IMG/VR virus record: IMGVR_UViG_3300021139_000078
Coordinates: 1-31,261 of that record
Source: a virus
Lineage: Duplodnaviria > Caudoviricetes
Strand: one strand, 5' to 3'
Length of the DNA stretch: 31,261 bases
The notes under the pieces are model-generated. The model saw only the letters and a program-made list of their open reading frames with translations. It did not search any database and had not been told where the DNA came from. Position numbers and translations under genes: made by a program. Of this stretch, positions 1 to 8,155 are shown piece by piece. Positions within the stretch are counted from its first letter, which is position 1. The number at the start of each line of letters is the position of its first letter.

Positions 1-49
1 GTCTACGCTCAAACCACCAGAAAAAATGAAAAAGTTTTTCCACGCTTGT

Positions 50-370
50 TCATCGGTTCTTCTTTGATGAATTACACGCTCGACACATGGCAACGAGGTT
101 GCTCATGTCCAGTCGGCTTCCACCTGAAAACAACGGCACAATGTGATCGACTGTGGCATCGCTACCCACCAGCAATTTCTCACACGATGAACAAATGTAA
201 CGATCGCGCTCGAGTACTTGTATTCGTACCCGTTGCCAATCTCGGTCATATCCGCGAGCGTTTGCGGTTGCTCGCTGGCGAGGATTGTTCAGTGCGTGTC
301 GCTCCCGACATGAGGGGCAGCGAGAAGATGGGGTGGGTACACCACAATCTAGGCAAAAAAGTTTTGGCAT
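50..370 (-). CDS. HNH endonuclease, HK97 gp74-like packaging accessory
   Basis: CxxC pairs, RGYDRDWQRVR, VLERDRYIC, VDHIVP...GG...NLVAMCRACNSSK HNH motif; adjacent to terS across the genome ends. Confidence 0.92.
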   Translation of the reverse strand: MPKLFCLDCGVPTPSSRCPSCRERHALNNPRQRATANARGYDRDWQRVRIQVLERDRYICSSCEKLLVGSDATVDHIVPLFSGGSRLDMSNLVAMCRACNSSKKNR

Positions 371-912
371 TACTTGCCGAGTTTCATTTGTACCCGGGTG
401 ATAAAAGGTGCGCCCGTGTTCACATCATTTTGTTCAGCGATCTCCATGGCTTGATGCACATTAGCCCCAGCACAAATTGCGCCGATTGCATATGGCGCGC
501 CACTGCCGATGGCAAAGAATCCATCCTCACGAATGGCAACGGATAGAGCTTCATCAATCTCAAACACTTGACCGTTGATAGCGATCAACATTTGAAATGA
601 AGCGCCATCATCTTTTTCTTTGTCAGTAAAGATTTTTGATTCAGCAATAAATGTTCGAAGCGATGGAATTATTTTTTGTACAACATAATCAAAAGCACTG
701 CCCCGATATCGTGATGTGGGTGCAGGTGGTTTCCAGAGATGATGAAATGCTTGCAATGCAGTGACATCACCAGCAACGCCAATCAAATGTTTTCCTGTAT
801 CAATGATCTTTGTCATGTCAGGATGAACATAGGGACGACCATCAGAATTGATTTGTGAATCTGCCATCATGACCACATGATCTGCATGTTGAATTGCAAT
901 GATCGTTGTCAT
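370..912 (-). CDS. Ntn-hydrolase, proteasome beta-subunit/HslV-like peptidase
   Basis: N-terminal M-T-T-I-I-A, then ADSQ, a downstream KI, GVAG and AIGSG, matching the Thr1/Asp17/Lys33/Ser129 layout. Confidence 0.85.
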   Translation of the reverse strand: MTTIIAIQHADHVVMMADSQINSDGRPYVHPDMTKIIDTGKHLIGVAGDVTALQAFHHLWKPPAPTSRYRGSAFDYVVQKIIPSLRTFIAESKIFTDKEKDDGASFQMLIAINGQVFEIDEALSVAIREDGFFAIGSGAPYAIGAICAGANVHQAMEIAEQNDVNTGAPFITRVQMKLGK

Positions 913-1073
913 TTGGATCGCTCAAGTTTTTCATCGAGCATGCGATCAATTTCCTCTTCACACCATTTGGCAAAATGCACATCATGAGAATTCTTCATGG
1001 TGTTGCGTAGATGGGTGATTGCTTCATCTATGTCATCTTCGTTCGTCAATGCGTCCACAACAATTTTTGCCAT
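909..1073 (-). CDS. small acidic helical hypothetical protein (54 aa), first late gene
   Basis: Start reassigned to ATG 1073 (GGGTGA upstream); ATGA overlap with the Ntn-hydrolase gene. Confidence 0.6.
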   Translation of the reverse strand: MAKIVVDALTNEDDIDEAITHLRNTMKNSHDVHFAKWCEEEIDRMLDEKLERSK

Positions 1074-1105
1074 TGTGTCACCCATATCAGAATGAAGGAT
1101 TTGTG

Positions 1106-1139
1106 AGAAAAGTATCAATGGCACAAATTCTGCCGACAC
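1106..1139 (-). terminator. putative intrinsic terminator/attenuator just downstream of the late promoter
   Basis: GUGUC-GGCA...UGCC-(AUU)-GAUAC hairpin followed by UUUUCU. Confidence 0.45.
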
Positions 1140-1143
1140 TGAA

Positions 1144-1176
1144 AGTGTATCAAGCACGATGGACATTTCTAGTCAA
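1144..1176 (-). promoter_or_regulatory. putative late promoter
   Basis: Extended -10 TG-A-TACACT (1152-1144); TTGACT (1176-1171) lies 21 nt upstream of the -10 hexamer. Confidence 0.5.
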
Positions 1177-1932
1177 ATCCTTGTCGCCCATAATCGAACG
1201 GATGGCGTTCACATCATAAAGTTGACCTTTTTTAGCAACCTTATGAGCCTTGGCAATTCGGTGAATATGTCGTTCGGTTACACCCACATATTTGCTGATC
1301 GCTTCGGCATCCAGCCACACTTCACGAGATGGGTCGGAAAGAGCTACTGCCACCAAGCGAATGGTCGTCCACAGAGTGTCGCATCTTCGACATGAGAATA
1401 TGTCCAGCGGATCATCGTCATTGATTCGTAGCAAATTGCCACATGGTGTCCCCTCCGATGTTTCGGCAGGACATGCGATTCGGCGAGATCGCTTGACGAA
1501 TACTTTGGCAGCGGTCATGCCTTTGGAATGAAGCTCTCGGAGTTCCTGATAGAAGTCACGAAACCATGGCTGCTGGGATGAATGCGCTAAATGAACCTGA
1601 GCGAAGGTGACGGCGTTTCGAATTTCGACTTCTAGGGAATGTTTGACCAACATCGCTGGTTTGGTCAATTCTCGTTCCTCTCGGATGAGTTTTTCCCATT
1701 CATGAAGTAGTCCCAAAATGTCGTCACCCGTGATGAAGGATAAAGCTGCGACATTGACCCCGATAGTTCGCTCGGATGATCTCCCGCCATTACCTGATCT
1801 GCCGGGAAGCAACTCGTCATGTGCCAGTTGCCAAAATTCGATCAGGTCGGACAACATGGTGTGAATCTTGACGGTGCATCGATGGCAGAGATTTGAATTT
1901 TCGACGGCAAAATTGCACATGACACAATTCAT
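1150..1932 (-). CDS. Zn-finger plus C-terminal HTH protein, candidate late transcription regulator
   Basis: CVMC..CHRC and CP..CG..CRRC clusters; C-terminal HTH-like WLDAEAISKYVGVTERHIHRIAK; last early gene before the late promoter. Confidence 0.6.
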   Translation of the reverse strand: MNCVMCNFAVENSNLCHRCTVKIHTMLSDLIEFWQLAHDELLPGRSGNGGRSSERTIGVNVAALSFITGDDILGLLHEWEKLIREERELTKPAMLVKHSLEVEIRNAVTFAQVHLAHSSQQPWFRDFYQELRELHSKGMTAAKVFVKRSRRIACPAETSEGTPCGNLLRINDDDPLDIFSCRRCDTLWTTIRLVAVALSDPSREVWLDAEAISKYVGVTERHIHRIAKAHKVAKKGQLYDVNAIRSIMGDKDLTRNVHRA

Positions 1933-2035
1933 GAGGACACCTTCTCTGACGGGTTGTGGATAATTCGAGATTCATAGGAAATGGTGAAAGTTGAGTCGGT
2001 GTGGCTCAATTTAGTGCCATTTTTAGACAAAACCA

Positions 2036-2208
2036 CCTCGCCCTGTCTAATTTCAATAACTAGACGCATGGAACGGGTATTTTGAGCGTAAAAACCCTCA
2101 CATACCTCCACCTCGTCCTCGCCCCCTATAGATAGGGGGGCGAGGGGCGAGGTCGTTGGAGAGGATATGACTTCGCCCGGGGCGAGGTCGGGGCGAGGTG
2201 GGGCGAGG
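2036..2208. repeat. GGGGCGAGG repeat cluster with palindrome, putative replication origin
   Basis: GGGGCGAGG at 2137, 2144, 2179, 2190, 2200; inverted copies at 2036, 2117 and a variant at 2171; imperfect palindrome 2111-2152 around TATAGATA; directly downstream of the primase-helicase. Confidence 0.7.
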
Positions 2209-2217
2209 TCGAGATGA

Positions 2218-4308
2218 TTACGCAATGTCGGAATCCTGACTCTCGTAGATGAACTCTCTAACATCAGTTTCAGTATCTGTGGACTCTCGGTAAGGTGTGA
2301 GAAGCTTCAAATTGAGAGAATTTCGGGAGCCATGTTCAATGCCGACAAATTTTTCGTCAATCAACACCTGACATGCCAAACGGACGAATTCCCGCTTTCC
2401 GGCAACCTCATTTTCAATGACATTTTTGGACAATGGCGCTTTTGCAGCTTCTAACAGTTTGGACACCTTCTCCATCAAGTGGGTCGGTCGAATTTTCTGT
2501 GTGCCATCGCCAAATGGGTGAATACCCATTTCGATTCCTGAGTCATCCGACTTGATGACCACCCGACCGACCAATTTGGCATCTTTGGAAATGGCACGGA
2601 CATGACCTGCGCGATCTTTCGACATTCTCAGGTTCAATTCACCCGTCATCCCCCGACCAAATGGCTGGACGACTTCGACAATGATGGCGCACCCGTTGAT
2701 GTCTGCTCTTTTGGCTTGTGCGCCAATGGCGTTGTTGCCCCGAGCATCTTTGGATTTGGTCACATGGTCGATGGTGATGACACATGCCCCTTTGCTGGTA
2801 AGTGGTCGCAAAATGGTTTGGGAAAAGAATGTGGCATCCCTGTTAGACATCAAATCCAGCCCCAGCAAGGTCATGGCAGCGTTCACACCATCAACAACTA
2901 TCAAGTCAGGGTTGAGGGTTTCTATCGCCCGCTGAAGGTCGATTTTCGCCTCTAGCGTGAACGCCTCATCGGGATTGGCATAAGTAAATTTGGCAAAATG
3001 TCGATCTTCTAGCCCGAGCAACCGAAGTCGCGCCAAAATGCCTTTGCCCGAATCCTCAAAGTCGATATAGGTGACGGTTTGACCGATGTGGAGAGCTTGT
3101 TTGACGGCAAAGAGCGCCACCCATGTTTTTCCCGATTCTGATTCGCCGATGAGTGCGTTGACTTTGCCTTTGTAGAAAAGTCGGTATCCATCGACACGAG
3201 ATAGGAATTCCGGTGGCTCCTCTTCCGTTGCCCCCGACAAATCCAATGGTTTCGGAAGCCATGAAGTCGGTTCGGCAGGGATTTCGACATGATCAGCATC
3301 AAGGTCAGGAACAACACTCAATGATGGTTTTTTAGGTTCAAGGAAATTGGCACTGCCAAATCCTTCGGATCGCAATTGCCGTGCAGCTGCGGAGAAATCG
3401 CCCCGATGATGAATGTGCGCGTAGGCAGCAAATTTGGAGTACGGCTTTTCCGCTTCAAAAGTGGTCGATGTCGTGAACACGAACAAGTTGTCGGAATCAT
3501 TGCGACCCGTAGAAGCGGAGACACCCTGCGATTTGCCGGGTCGTCGCCAGTAAGTCACTCCATGGGAGGTAAAAAGCTGTTTCCATCCGACGGGTTCGAG
3601 GATTTCTTTCCAACTCGTGCGAGTATTGAAATCGTCGCCCGGCTTCTCTCCACTCGACTCACTGGGAGTAATTGTTTTGGCGATACTTTCTTGAACAGGC
3701 ATCGCATCCAATGCTTGAAATAATGTGTGTAGCGAATTTCGTTCCTCCATGGAAAGCATGGGAATCATGGCGGGTGATCCCGCTACTTTCACCCATGGTC
3801 GTGAGCTGGGATGTGTTGTACCGGATGATGGCGCGGTGACAACGAATCCACCTTCACCACGAGTCTCGGCTAATACTTCGACCGTGCCATTTTCACCGGG
3901 ACGGCGAGCAAGTTTGGTGTTTCCGGGGACGGGTTCATCAGCAATGCGATAGAGCATGTGAATGCCACCCGATGGAGTCATCTCCAAATATCCGTGAGTG
4001 ACAATTTCCCACAATTCTTCAAGGCCAGAATTGATGGCAAGATTGCGAGCTTCCTCTAATAATCCCGAGGTCACTCCCCGACCTTCCATCTCGAGCATTT
4101 CAAGATTTCCAGATACGGCTCCGGTGATGATGCCAATTCCAATGGCGTTGCCACCGAACCAGTCATGAATTTGCTCGAGAGAAGGTTTGGAAACCTGATA
4201 TTGCTTCCATGTGCCGATCGGTCGCTTTGATCCATCTTCACTGGCAGGAACAACGCACACGCCAGCAGAATGAAAGTCGAGCGCAGCTTGTAATACTTCG
4301 GCGGTCAT
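2218..4308 (-). CDS. bifunctional primase-polymerase fused to RecA/AAA-type helicase
   Basis: Prim-pol N-terminus (KRPIGTWKQYQ, GIGIITGAVSG, TPSGGIH, RGEGGFVVTAPS); Walker A GESESGKT; YIDFED and IVVDG motifs. Confidence 0.9.
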   Translation of the reverse strand: MTAEVLQAALDFHSAGVCVVPASEDGSKRPIGTWKQYQVSKPSLEQIHDWFGGNAIGIGIITGAVSGNLEMLEMEGRGVTSGLLEEARNLAINSGLEELWEIVTHGYLEMTPSGGIHMLYRIADEPVPGNTKLARRPGENGTVEVLAETRGEGGFVVTAPSSGTTHPSSRPWVKVAGSPAMIPMLSMEERNSLHTLFQALDAMPVQESIAKTITPSESSGEKPGDDFNTRTSWKEILEPVGWKQLFTSHGVTYWRRPGKSQGVSASTGRNDSDNLFVFTTSTTFEAEKPYSKFAAYAHIHHRGDFSAAARQLRSEGFGSANFLEPKKPSLSVVPDLDADHVEIPAEPTSWLPKPLDLSGATEEEPPEFLSRVDGYRLFYKGKVNALIGESESGKTWVALFAVKQALHIGQTVTYIDFEDSGKGILARLRLLGLEDRHFAKFTYANPDEAFTLEAKIDLQRAIETLNPDLIVVDGVNAAMTLLGLDLMSNRDATFFSQTILRPLTSKGACVITIDHVTKSKDARGNNAIGAQAKRADINGCAIIVEVVQPFGRGMTGELNLRMSKDRAGHVRAISKDAKLVGRVVIKSDDSGIEMGIHPFGDGTQKIRPTHLMEKVSKLLEAAKAPLSKNVIENEVAGKREFVRLACQVLIDEKFVGIEHGSRNSLNLKLLTPYRESTDTETDVREFIYESQDSDIA

Positions 4309-4640
4309 GCGAGATGACTTTCAATAGCCTGAATAGTGGGGCAGGGATATTTATTTCCAGCCTGATGGCATTTACAATCGCAATCAATACATCCCCATTC
4401 TTGACAACCCCAACATCCATCGTTGCAGTGGGAACATTCGGTAAATTCATTGCCATTTGGATATATGTGATGAATTGGCTTATGCAGTTCCACTACCTTG
4501 CGAAGGGCTTTGGTTTTATCTGTAAGTATTACATCAAGGTTTGGAATCCATTCGGCGTATTTTTTAGACATACCTATAATCTTTTCTAGCAATTCATCAT
4601 GTGACATTTGATAACCACCAGCATCTCGACGCGGACTCAT
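4305..4640 (-). CDS. Cys/His-rich hypothetical protein
   Basis: VVELHKP...CSHC...YPCPTIQAI pattern; ATGA overlaps on both sides. Confidence 0.7.
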   Translation of the reverse strand: MSPRRDAGGYQMSHDELLEKIIGMSKKYAEWIPNLDVILTDKTKALRKVVELHKPIHHIYPNGNEFTECSHCNDGCWGCQEWGCIDCDCKCHQAGNKYPCPTIQAIESHLA

Positions 4641-4777
4641 TCGCCGACCCCTAACATCTCGACCAAATCTGCTGCATCATGTGCAATCAATACTGACAAC
4701 GCCTTTTTGCGTTGTTCATCGGTGCAATCTTTGATCTGTGACACGAAATCACCGATTCCCGCTAAGTCGAGCATCAT
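4637..4777 (-). CDS. small hypothetical protein (about 46 aa)
   Basis: Start reassigned to ATG 4777/4774 after AAGGGGGA SD; stop overlaps the next start. Confidence 0.6.
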   Translation of the reverse strand: MMLDLAGIGDFVSQIKDCTDEQRKKALSVLIAHDAADLVEMLGVGE

Positions 4778-4810
4778 TCCCCCTTGTAGTAGTTGATCAA
4801 TTTTTTTCAA

Positions 4811-4876
4811 GTCCATCGTCGGGAGTTGAACCCGAAGCGGTGAAAGGTAATAAGCCCGCTGCGACCTGCCGATGGG
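4811..4876 (-). ncRNA. tRNA-like RNA with acceptor stem and T-arm, no D-stem, 15-nt loop in the anticodon-arm position
   Basis: CCCAUCG/CGAUGGA acceptor (C1:A72 mismatch); UCGGG-UUCAACU-CCCGA T-arm with canonical 7+5 geometry; AGCGG/CCGCU stem with loop GCUUAUUACCUUUCA. Confidence 0.7.
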
Positions 4877-4914
4877 TTTGCTCACGCACCCTGATCATGA
4901 GCAAAGGTGTGGAT

Positions 4915-5376
4915 TTAGAAAGGTGGCTTATCTCCGATGGGAGTTGCACCTAACTTTTCCAAAAGCGCTTGAACGGCAGCTGAATCAACCGATCCCACTG
5001 CTGGTGATGGTGGCTTGATTTGACCCGCAAGATAGGCGGTTGCCTTAGCAACATCGGCAGGGTTTGTGGTGGCATCCACCAAAATCCATGGCGCTGATTT
5101 GCCGGGTTTTGCAATGCCTTGACCCATACGGCTCAACACGGTTTGACCGACCTTGTTGCGAAGTGCGGTGCGCAGTGCCACATTGAAAAACAACACGGAA
5201 TCATGCTCGGTGTTGGTATCGAGGTCGATGAGGTTGACTTCAATTGCCTCAGCTTCACCCAATGATGTTTGGATGCCTGTTTTGTATTCCACTGGCTTGA
5301 TGATGAGCAAGTGGTTGTGAAGATCGGCTGGTCGGACGGATTCCGACTGCCCGGATAATGCGCTGAACTCGGTCAT
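4915..5376 (-). CDS. putative ssDNA-binding protein
   Basis: Beta-rich OB-like core, low-complexity linker, C-terminal PPF; in the recombination/replication cluster. Confidence 0.5.
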   Translation of the reverse strand: MTEFSALSGQSESVRPADLHNHLLIIKPVEYKTGIQTSLGEAEAIEVNLIDLDTNTEHDSVLFFNVALRTALRNKVGQTVLSRMGQGIAKPGKSAPWILVDATTNPADVAKATAYLAGQIKPPSPAVGSVDSAAVQALLEKLGATPIGDKPPF

Positions 5377-5562
5377 TTATTTTCTCCCTGATTGTTGTAG
5401 TTGATTGGTTCGTGCCAAATTTTCAAACTCTTTTTCAACATCTTTGATCGCTTGTGTGATGACGGATTCCATCTGCACACAACAATCGCCACACCACGGC
5501 ATCTGCTCGACATCGCTGCGAATACGAGCGCGGTGATTGCATCTTGGACATGTCACTTTCAT
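5377..5562 (-). CDS. small Zn-ribbon protein
   Basis: MKVTCPRC...WCGDC; start 5562 overlaps the upstream stop (ATGA). Confidence 0.6.
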   Translation of the reverse strand: MKVTCPRCNHRARIRSDVEQMPWCGDCCVQMESVITQAIKDVEKEFENLARTNQLQQSGRK

Positions 5563-5738
5563 GGTTTCGACCCCCAGCCATTTCCGACGAAGATGGCTCC
5601 AATGCCACCCGTCATTTTTCGTTTCATGATTTCGTTGCAGTTTGAACATTTTCTTTCGGTATCACGCGACTCGATCGGTGTATTGATGTCGATTGTGAAA
5701 TCGCATGATGTGCATGAATATGTGTATGTGGGACTCAT
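5559..5738 (-). CDS. FmdB-like zinc-ribbon protein
   Basis: MSPTYTYSCTSC...CSNC...MKR...F-x-G-x-GW; start 5738 overlaps the Cas4-like stop. Confidence 0.8.
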   Translation of the reverse strand: MSPTYTYSCTSCDFTIDINTPIESRDTERKCSNCNEIMKRKMTGGIGAIFVGNGWGSKP

Positions 5739-6448
5739 CTCGCGTCCATATCTCCCGGACAACCGACACGAAGATCGGTGGAGTTTGGCAAATACCAGGA
5801 GCAGTAACTGCATAAGCCACTAGGTTCGGCAGGGATTTCATCGACCTTTACATATTGCAAAGAATCTTCGATAGTTTCCATGCGATTGATGGCATCCATC
5901 GCCGTGCCAATAAAGAATGGCTCAACGACGACATGCAAATTGTCGAGACGACCACCCAATGGGTAATAGGCGCAAGCAATGTTTTTGGGTTGATAGCCCA
6001 TTTTGATCAGTCCGAGCGCATACATGGAAAGTTGTACTCGCTGAGTTTTTGTCATTCCCTCTTTGAGACGCTTTTTCATCGAAGTTGCACCGACACATTT
6101 ATGATCGATCACGAGACCTTGTTCGATGTCGTAGAGATCAACTGTTCCACTCAGACCCGTTGCAGCTTCAACCTTTTGCTCAACAAGATAATTGGGATCA
6201 GTGCCAAAACAATCGGCTAACCACGCATGGATTGCCGTGCCGGAGATTGATGCCCATGGATCAGTGGACACATTGGTTTTTTCTGTGCCGGTGATTTTGT
6301 AAGCAATTTTTCGAGCGCAGGGATCACCAATCTCTGATAACCCAATTCGGGTTTGCAACGAGCGTGGCGCAAATTGTGCGTGACGAGTAATTGTTTGACG
6401 AAGTCGATCGGCGATCGCTTGTGAAGGTTCGACGGGTGAGACGAACAT
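5735..6448 (-). CDS. Cas4/RecB-like PD-(D/E)XK exonuclease
   Basis: GDPCARK, GTAIH, GTVD, IDHK, QLSMY and C-terminal CSYC...C (1+3 Cys). Confidence 0.85.
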   Translation of the reverse strand: MFVSPVEPSQAIADRLRQTITRHAQFAPRSLQTRIGLSEIGDPCARKIAYKITGTEKTNVSTDPWASISGTAIHAWLADCFGTDPNYLVEQKVEAATGLSGTVDLYDIEQGLVIDHKCVGATSMKKRLKEGMTKTQRVQLSMYALGLIKMGYQPKNIACAYYPLGGRLDNLHVVVEPFFIGTAMDAINRMETIEDSLQYVKVDEIPAEPSGLCSYCSWYLPNSTDLRVGCPGDMDAR

Positions 6449-6759
6449 CAGTCCTCCACGACGGTGAAGCGACGAGAGACGGTGACTGTTTCAAGTTTCT
6501 CGACAACATCACTGGGAAACATCTCCCGCAATTTTTTGACATCTACTCGGCGAGCTTCCACCGTTGTCCAGCGAATAGCTTCCCTTCCATTCACAAGACC
6601 GATTTCTGCATCGCCGAGAGCTGCCTTGATCTGTTCAGCCATGAGGTCGGCTTTTTCCGTCCACTCTTTGACTTTGGCTTTTGCTTCGATATACCCGGCA
6701 ACAAATGCTGCCGTTGTTTGGTCGAGATCGACCATTTCCTGATTGATTTGAGTTGACAT
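6448..6759 (-). CDS. coiled-coil protein resembling the C-terminal part of YqaJ-type nucleases
   Basis: Start ATG 6759 after AGGGGA SD; IKAALGDAE...VDVKKLRE...SRRFTV. Confidence 0.6.
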   Translation of the reverse strand: MSTQINQEMVDLDQTTAAFVAGYIEAKAKVKEWTEKADLMAEQIKAALGDAEIGLVNGREAIRWTTVEARRVDVKKLREMFPSDVVEKLETVTVSRRFTVVED

Positions 6760-6766
6760 GATTCCC

Positions 6767-7198
6767 CTAGTAGCTGTGAATTGTTTGTTCGGATTTCCAT
6801 GCAGCACATGTGCCACCTGAGCCGTAGTGACGGCTGATATATGCCAGCGATGCGACAACTTGTGCCAGCGAACTTGATGATTTCTTGAGTCCGATGTTGT
6901 TGTATGTTGATTCGAGCAACTGACCCACGCCATATGCGCCACTGGATGTGTTCAATGCGTGTGGATTGTGATGAGATTCAGCGGTGATGATGTTGATGAA
7001 ACATTGCGCTGATTTGGGTGTAAGCAATTCATTGATGAATAAATCAATGCGCTGAGTTTCCGTCATGACAATTGCCTCTTTGACGGTGACGACACGAATC
7101 TCTTTGATCTGACGAGTGGCTGACCAAATGGACGCGACGAGTGATAGCACGGTAAGAATTGCAACGAACGATGCAAAACGATTGAGTTTTTGGTTCAT
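6767..7198 (-). CDS. membrane-anchored lytic transglycosylase (SLT/lysozyme-like)
   Basis: N-terminal TM helix; AES...NP.A.N.SSGAYGVGQ and YISRHYG motifs. Confidence 0.85.
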   Translation of the reverse strand: MNQKLNRFASFVAILTVLSLVASIWSATRQIKEIRVVTVKEAIVMTETQRIDLFINELLTPKSAQCFINIITAESHHNPHALNTSSGAYGVGQLLESTYNNIGLKKSSSSLAQVVASLAYISRHYGSGGTCAAWKSEQTIHSY

Positions 7199-7596
7199 GA
7201 TATATATCCCTTCTCTTTCGCCCTGAATAGCTGACGCGAGACTGAATCTCGATGTATTCCCATGGAATGTGCGATGGCATCATCGCTCCAGCCCATTTCA
7301 CGCTTCATCAGAATTTCGAAGAGTCGATGAGGAATTCGCTCAAAACTTTTTCCTTGATTTTCAATCATGGAAGCAATTTCGTGAGGTGAGAAGCCACCCC
7401 ATACGCCGTCAGTGATGTTGTTGTTGATGGCAAAATCCGCACAATCCTTTTTGTGTGGACATTGATCGCAGATCGCTTGCAATTCGGGCAAACGCTCTTT
7501 GAGTTGCTTATCGCCGACTGGAAAGAAATAGTCGGGATCGCCCGAAGTGCATTTGGCTTCGGGAAAGTTAGGAAAGGCGATGTGGTCATTGATCAC
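7195..7596 (-). CDS. whiB: WhiB-family regulator with C-terminal HTH
   Basis: C...DPDYFFP...CDQC.....C and GVWGG; C-terminal GWSDDAIAHSMGIHRDSVSRQL; GTG 7596 preceded by GGGGA. Confidence 0.9.
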   Translation of the reverse strand: MINDHIAFPNFPEAKCTSGDPDYFFPVGDKQLKERLPELQAICDQCPHKKDCADFAINNNITDGVWGGFSPHEIASMIENQGKSFERIPHRLFEILMKREMGWSDDAIAHSMGIHRDSVSRQLFRAKEKGYIS

Positions 7597-7945
7597 GCGA
7601 ATCCCCATAACCAGCATCACGGATCAGATTCATCATTTCTGAAAGGGGCATCACTGCCCACCAATCGCCAACACGGGTGATTCCCACGCCATTGGGTTTG
7701 ACGATCAAAATGCCGAAATCTGCTTTCGCATTGTTTTTCTCAATTTCGGTTTCCTTGATCCATTCAGGAAATTTGTAGCTCTTGTGATTCTTGACCTCCA
7801 TGACAAGTCCGGGAATTCCAGTGATGTCCCCGAGGTCACTGCTGCCGGCAAGCGCTCGTCTCTCTGCACCGGGGAAGCCCTGTCCCGCGATGTAATTGAC
7901 GACCGCCGTCTCGGCAGCAGTTCCCTTTGCCTTGGCTTTGCTCAT
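7586..7945 (-). CDS. Holliday junction resolvase, actinophage PD-(D/E)XK type
   Basis: KAKGTAAE, AERRAL.G..D.GDI.G, EVKN. Confidence 0.8.
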   Translation of the reverse strand: MSKAKAKGTAAETAVVNYIAGQGFPGAERRALAGSSDLGDITGIPGLVMEVKNHKSYKFPEWIKETEIEKNNAKADFGILIVKPNGVGITRVGDWWAVMPLSEMMNLIRDAGYGDSRDQ

Positions 7946-7951
7946 CGGTGA

Positions 7952-8155
7952 CTAAGCGCAATCGCCAAGTTCGGGCAGATGCCGACGGATGACATCTCCG
8001 TTTCGGTACAAAATCTCACGCAGTTCATCAGCTTCTCCATAGGCATGGAAAAGTTCGGCTTTCACATTGTCGAGTTCGTTGTTCATGCCCCACCAAGTCA
8101 CGCATGCGCCAAAAAGGAAAGTGAGGAAAGAGAAGAAAATCCAAAACTGAGCCAT
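7952..8155 (-). CDS. small membrane protein
   Basis: N-terminal hydrophobic helix; AAGGGGGA SD. Confidence 0.7.
   Translation of the reverse strand: MAQFWIFFSFLTFLFGACVTWWGMNNELDNVKAELFHAYGEADELREILYRNGDVIRRHLPELGDCA

Noticed and set aside
909-1073. Pup mimic next to the proteasome-like gene (EEEIDRMLDE resembles Pup DEIDDVLEE)
   Set aside because: No C-terminal GGE/GGQ, and the similarity is a short acidic helix expected by chance
1929-2264. 111-aa ORF across the repeat cluster
   Set aside because: Its sequence is dictated by the DNA repeats and it has no clear SD; a short real C-terminal ORF cannot be excluded
4811-4876. Canonical decoding tRNA
   Set aside because: No D-stem and a 15-nt loop with no definable anticodon; reported as a tRNA-like ncRNA instead
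5735-6448. CRISPR-Cas association of the Cas4-like gene
   Set aside because: No repeat-spacer array or other cas genes; solo Cas4-like nucleases are common in phage recombination modules
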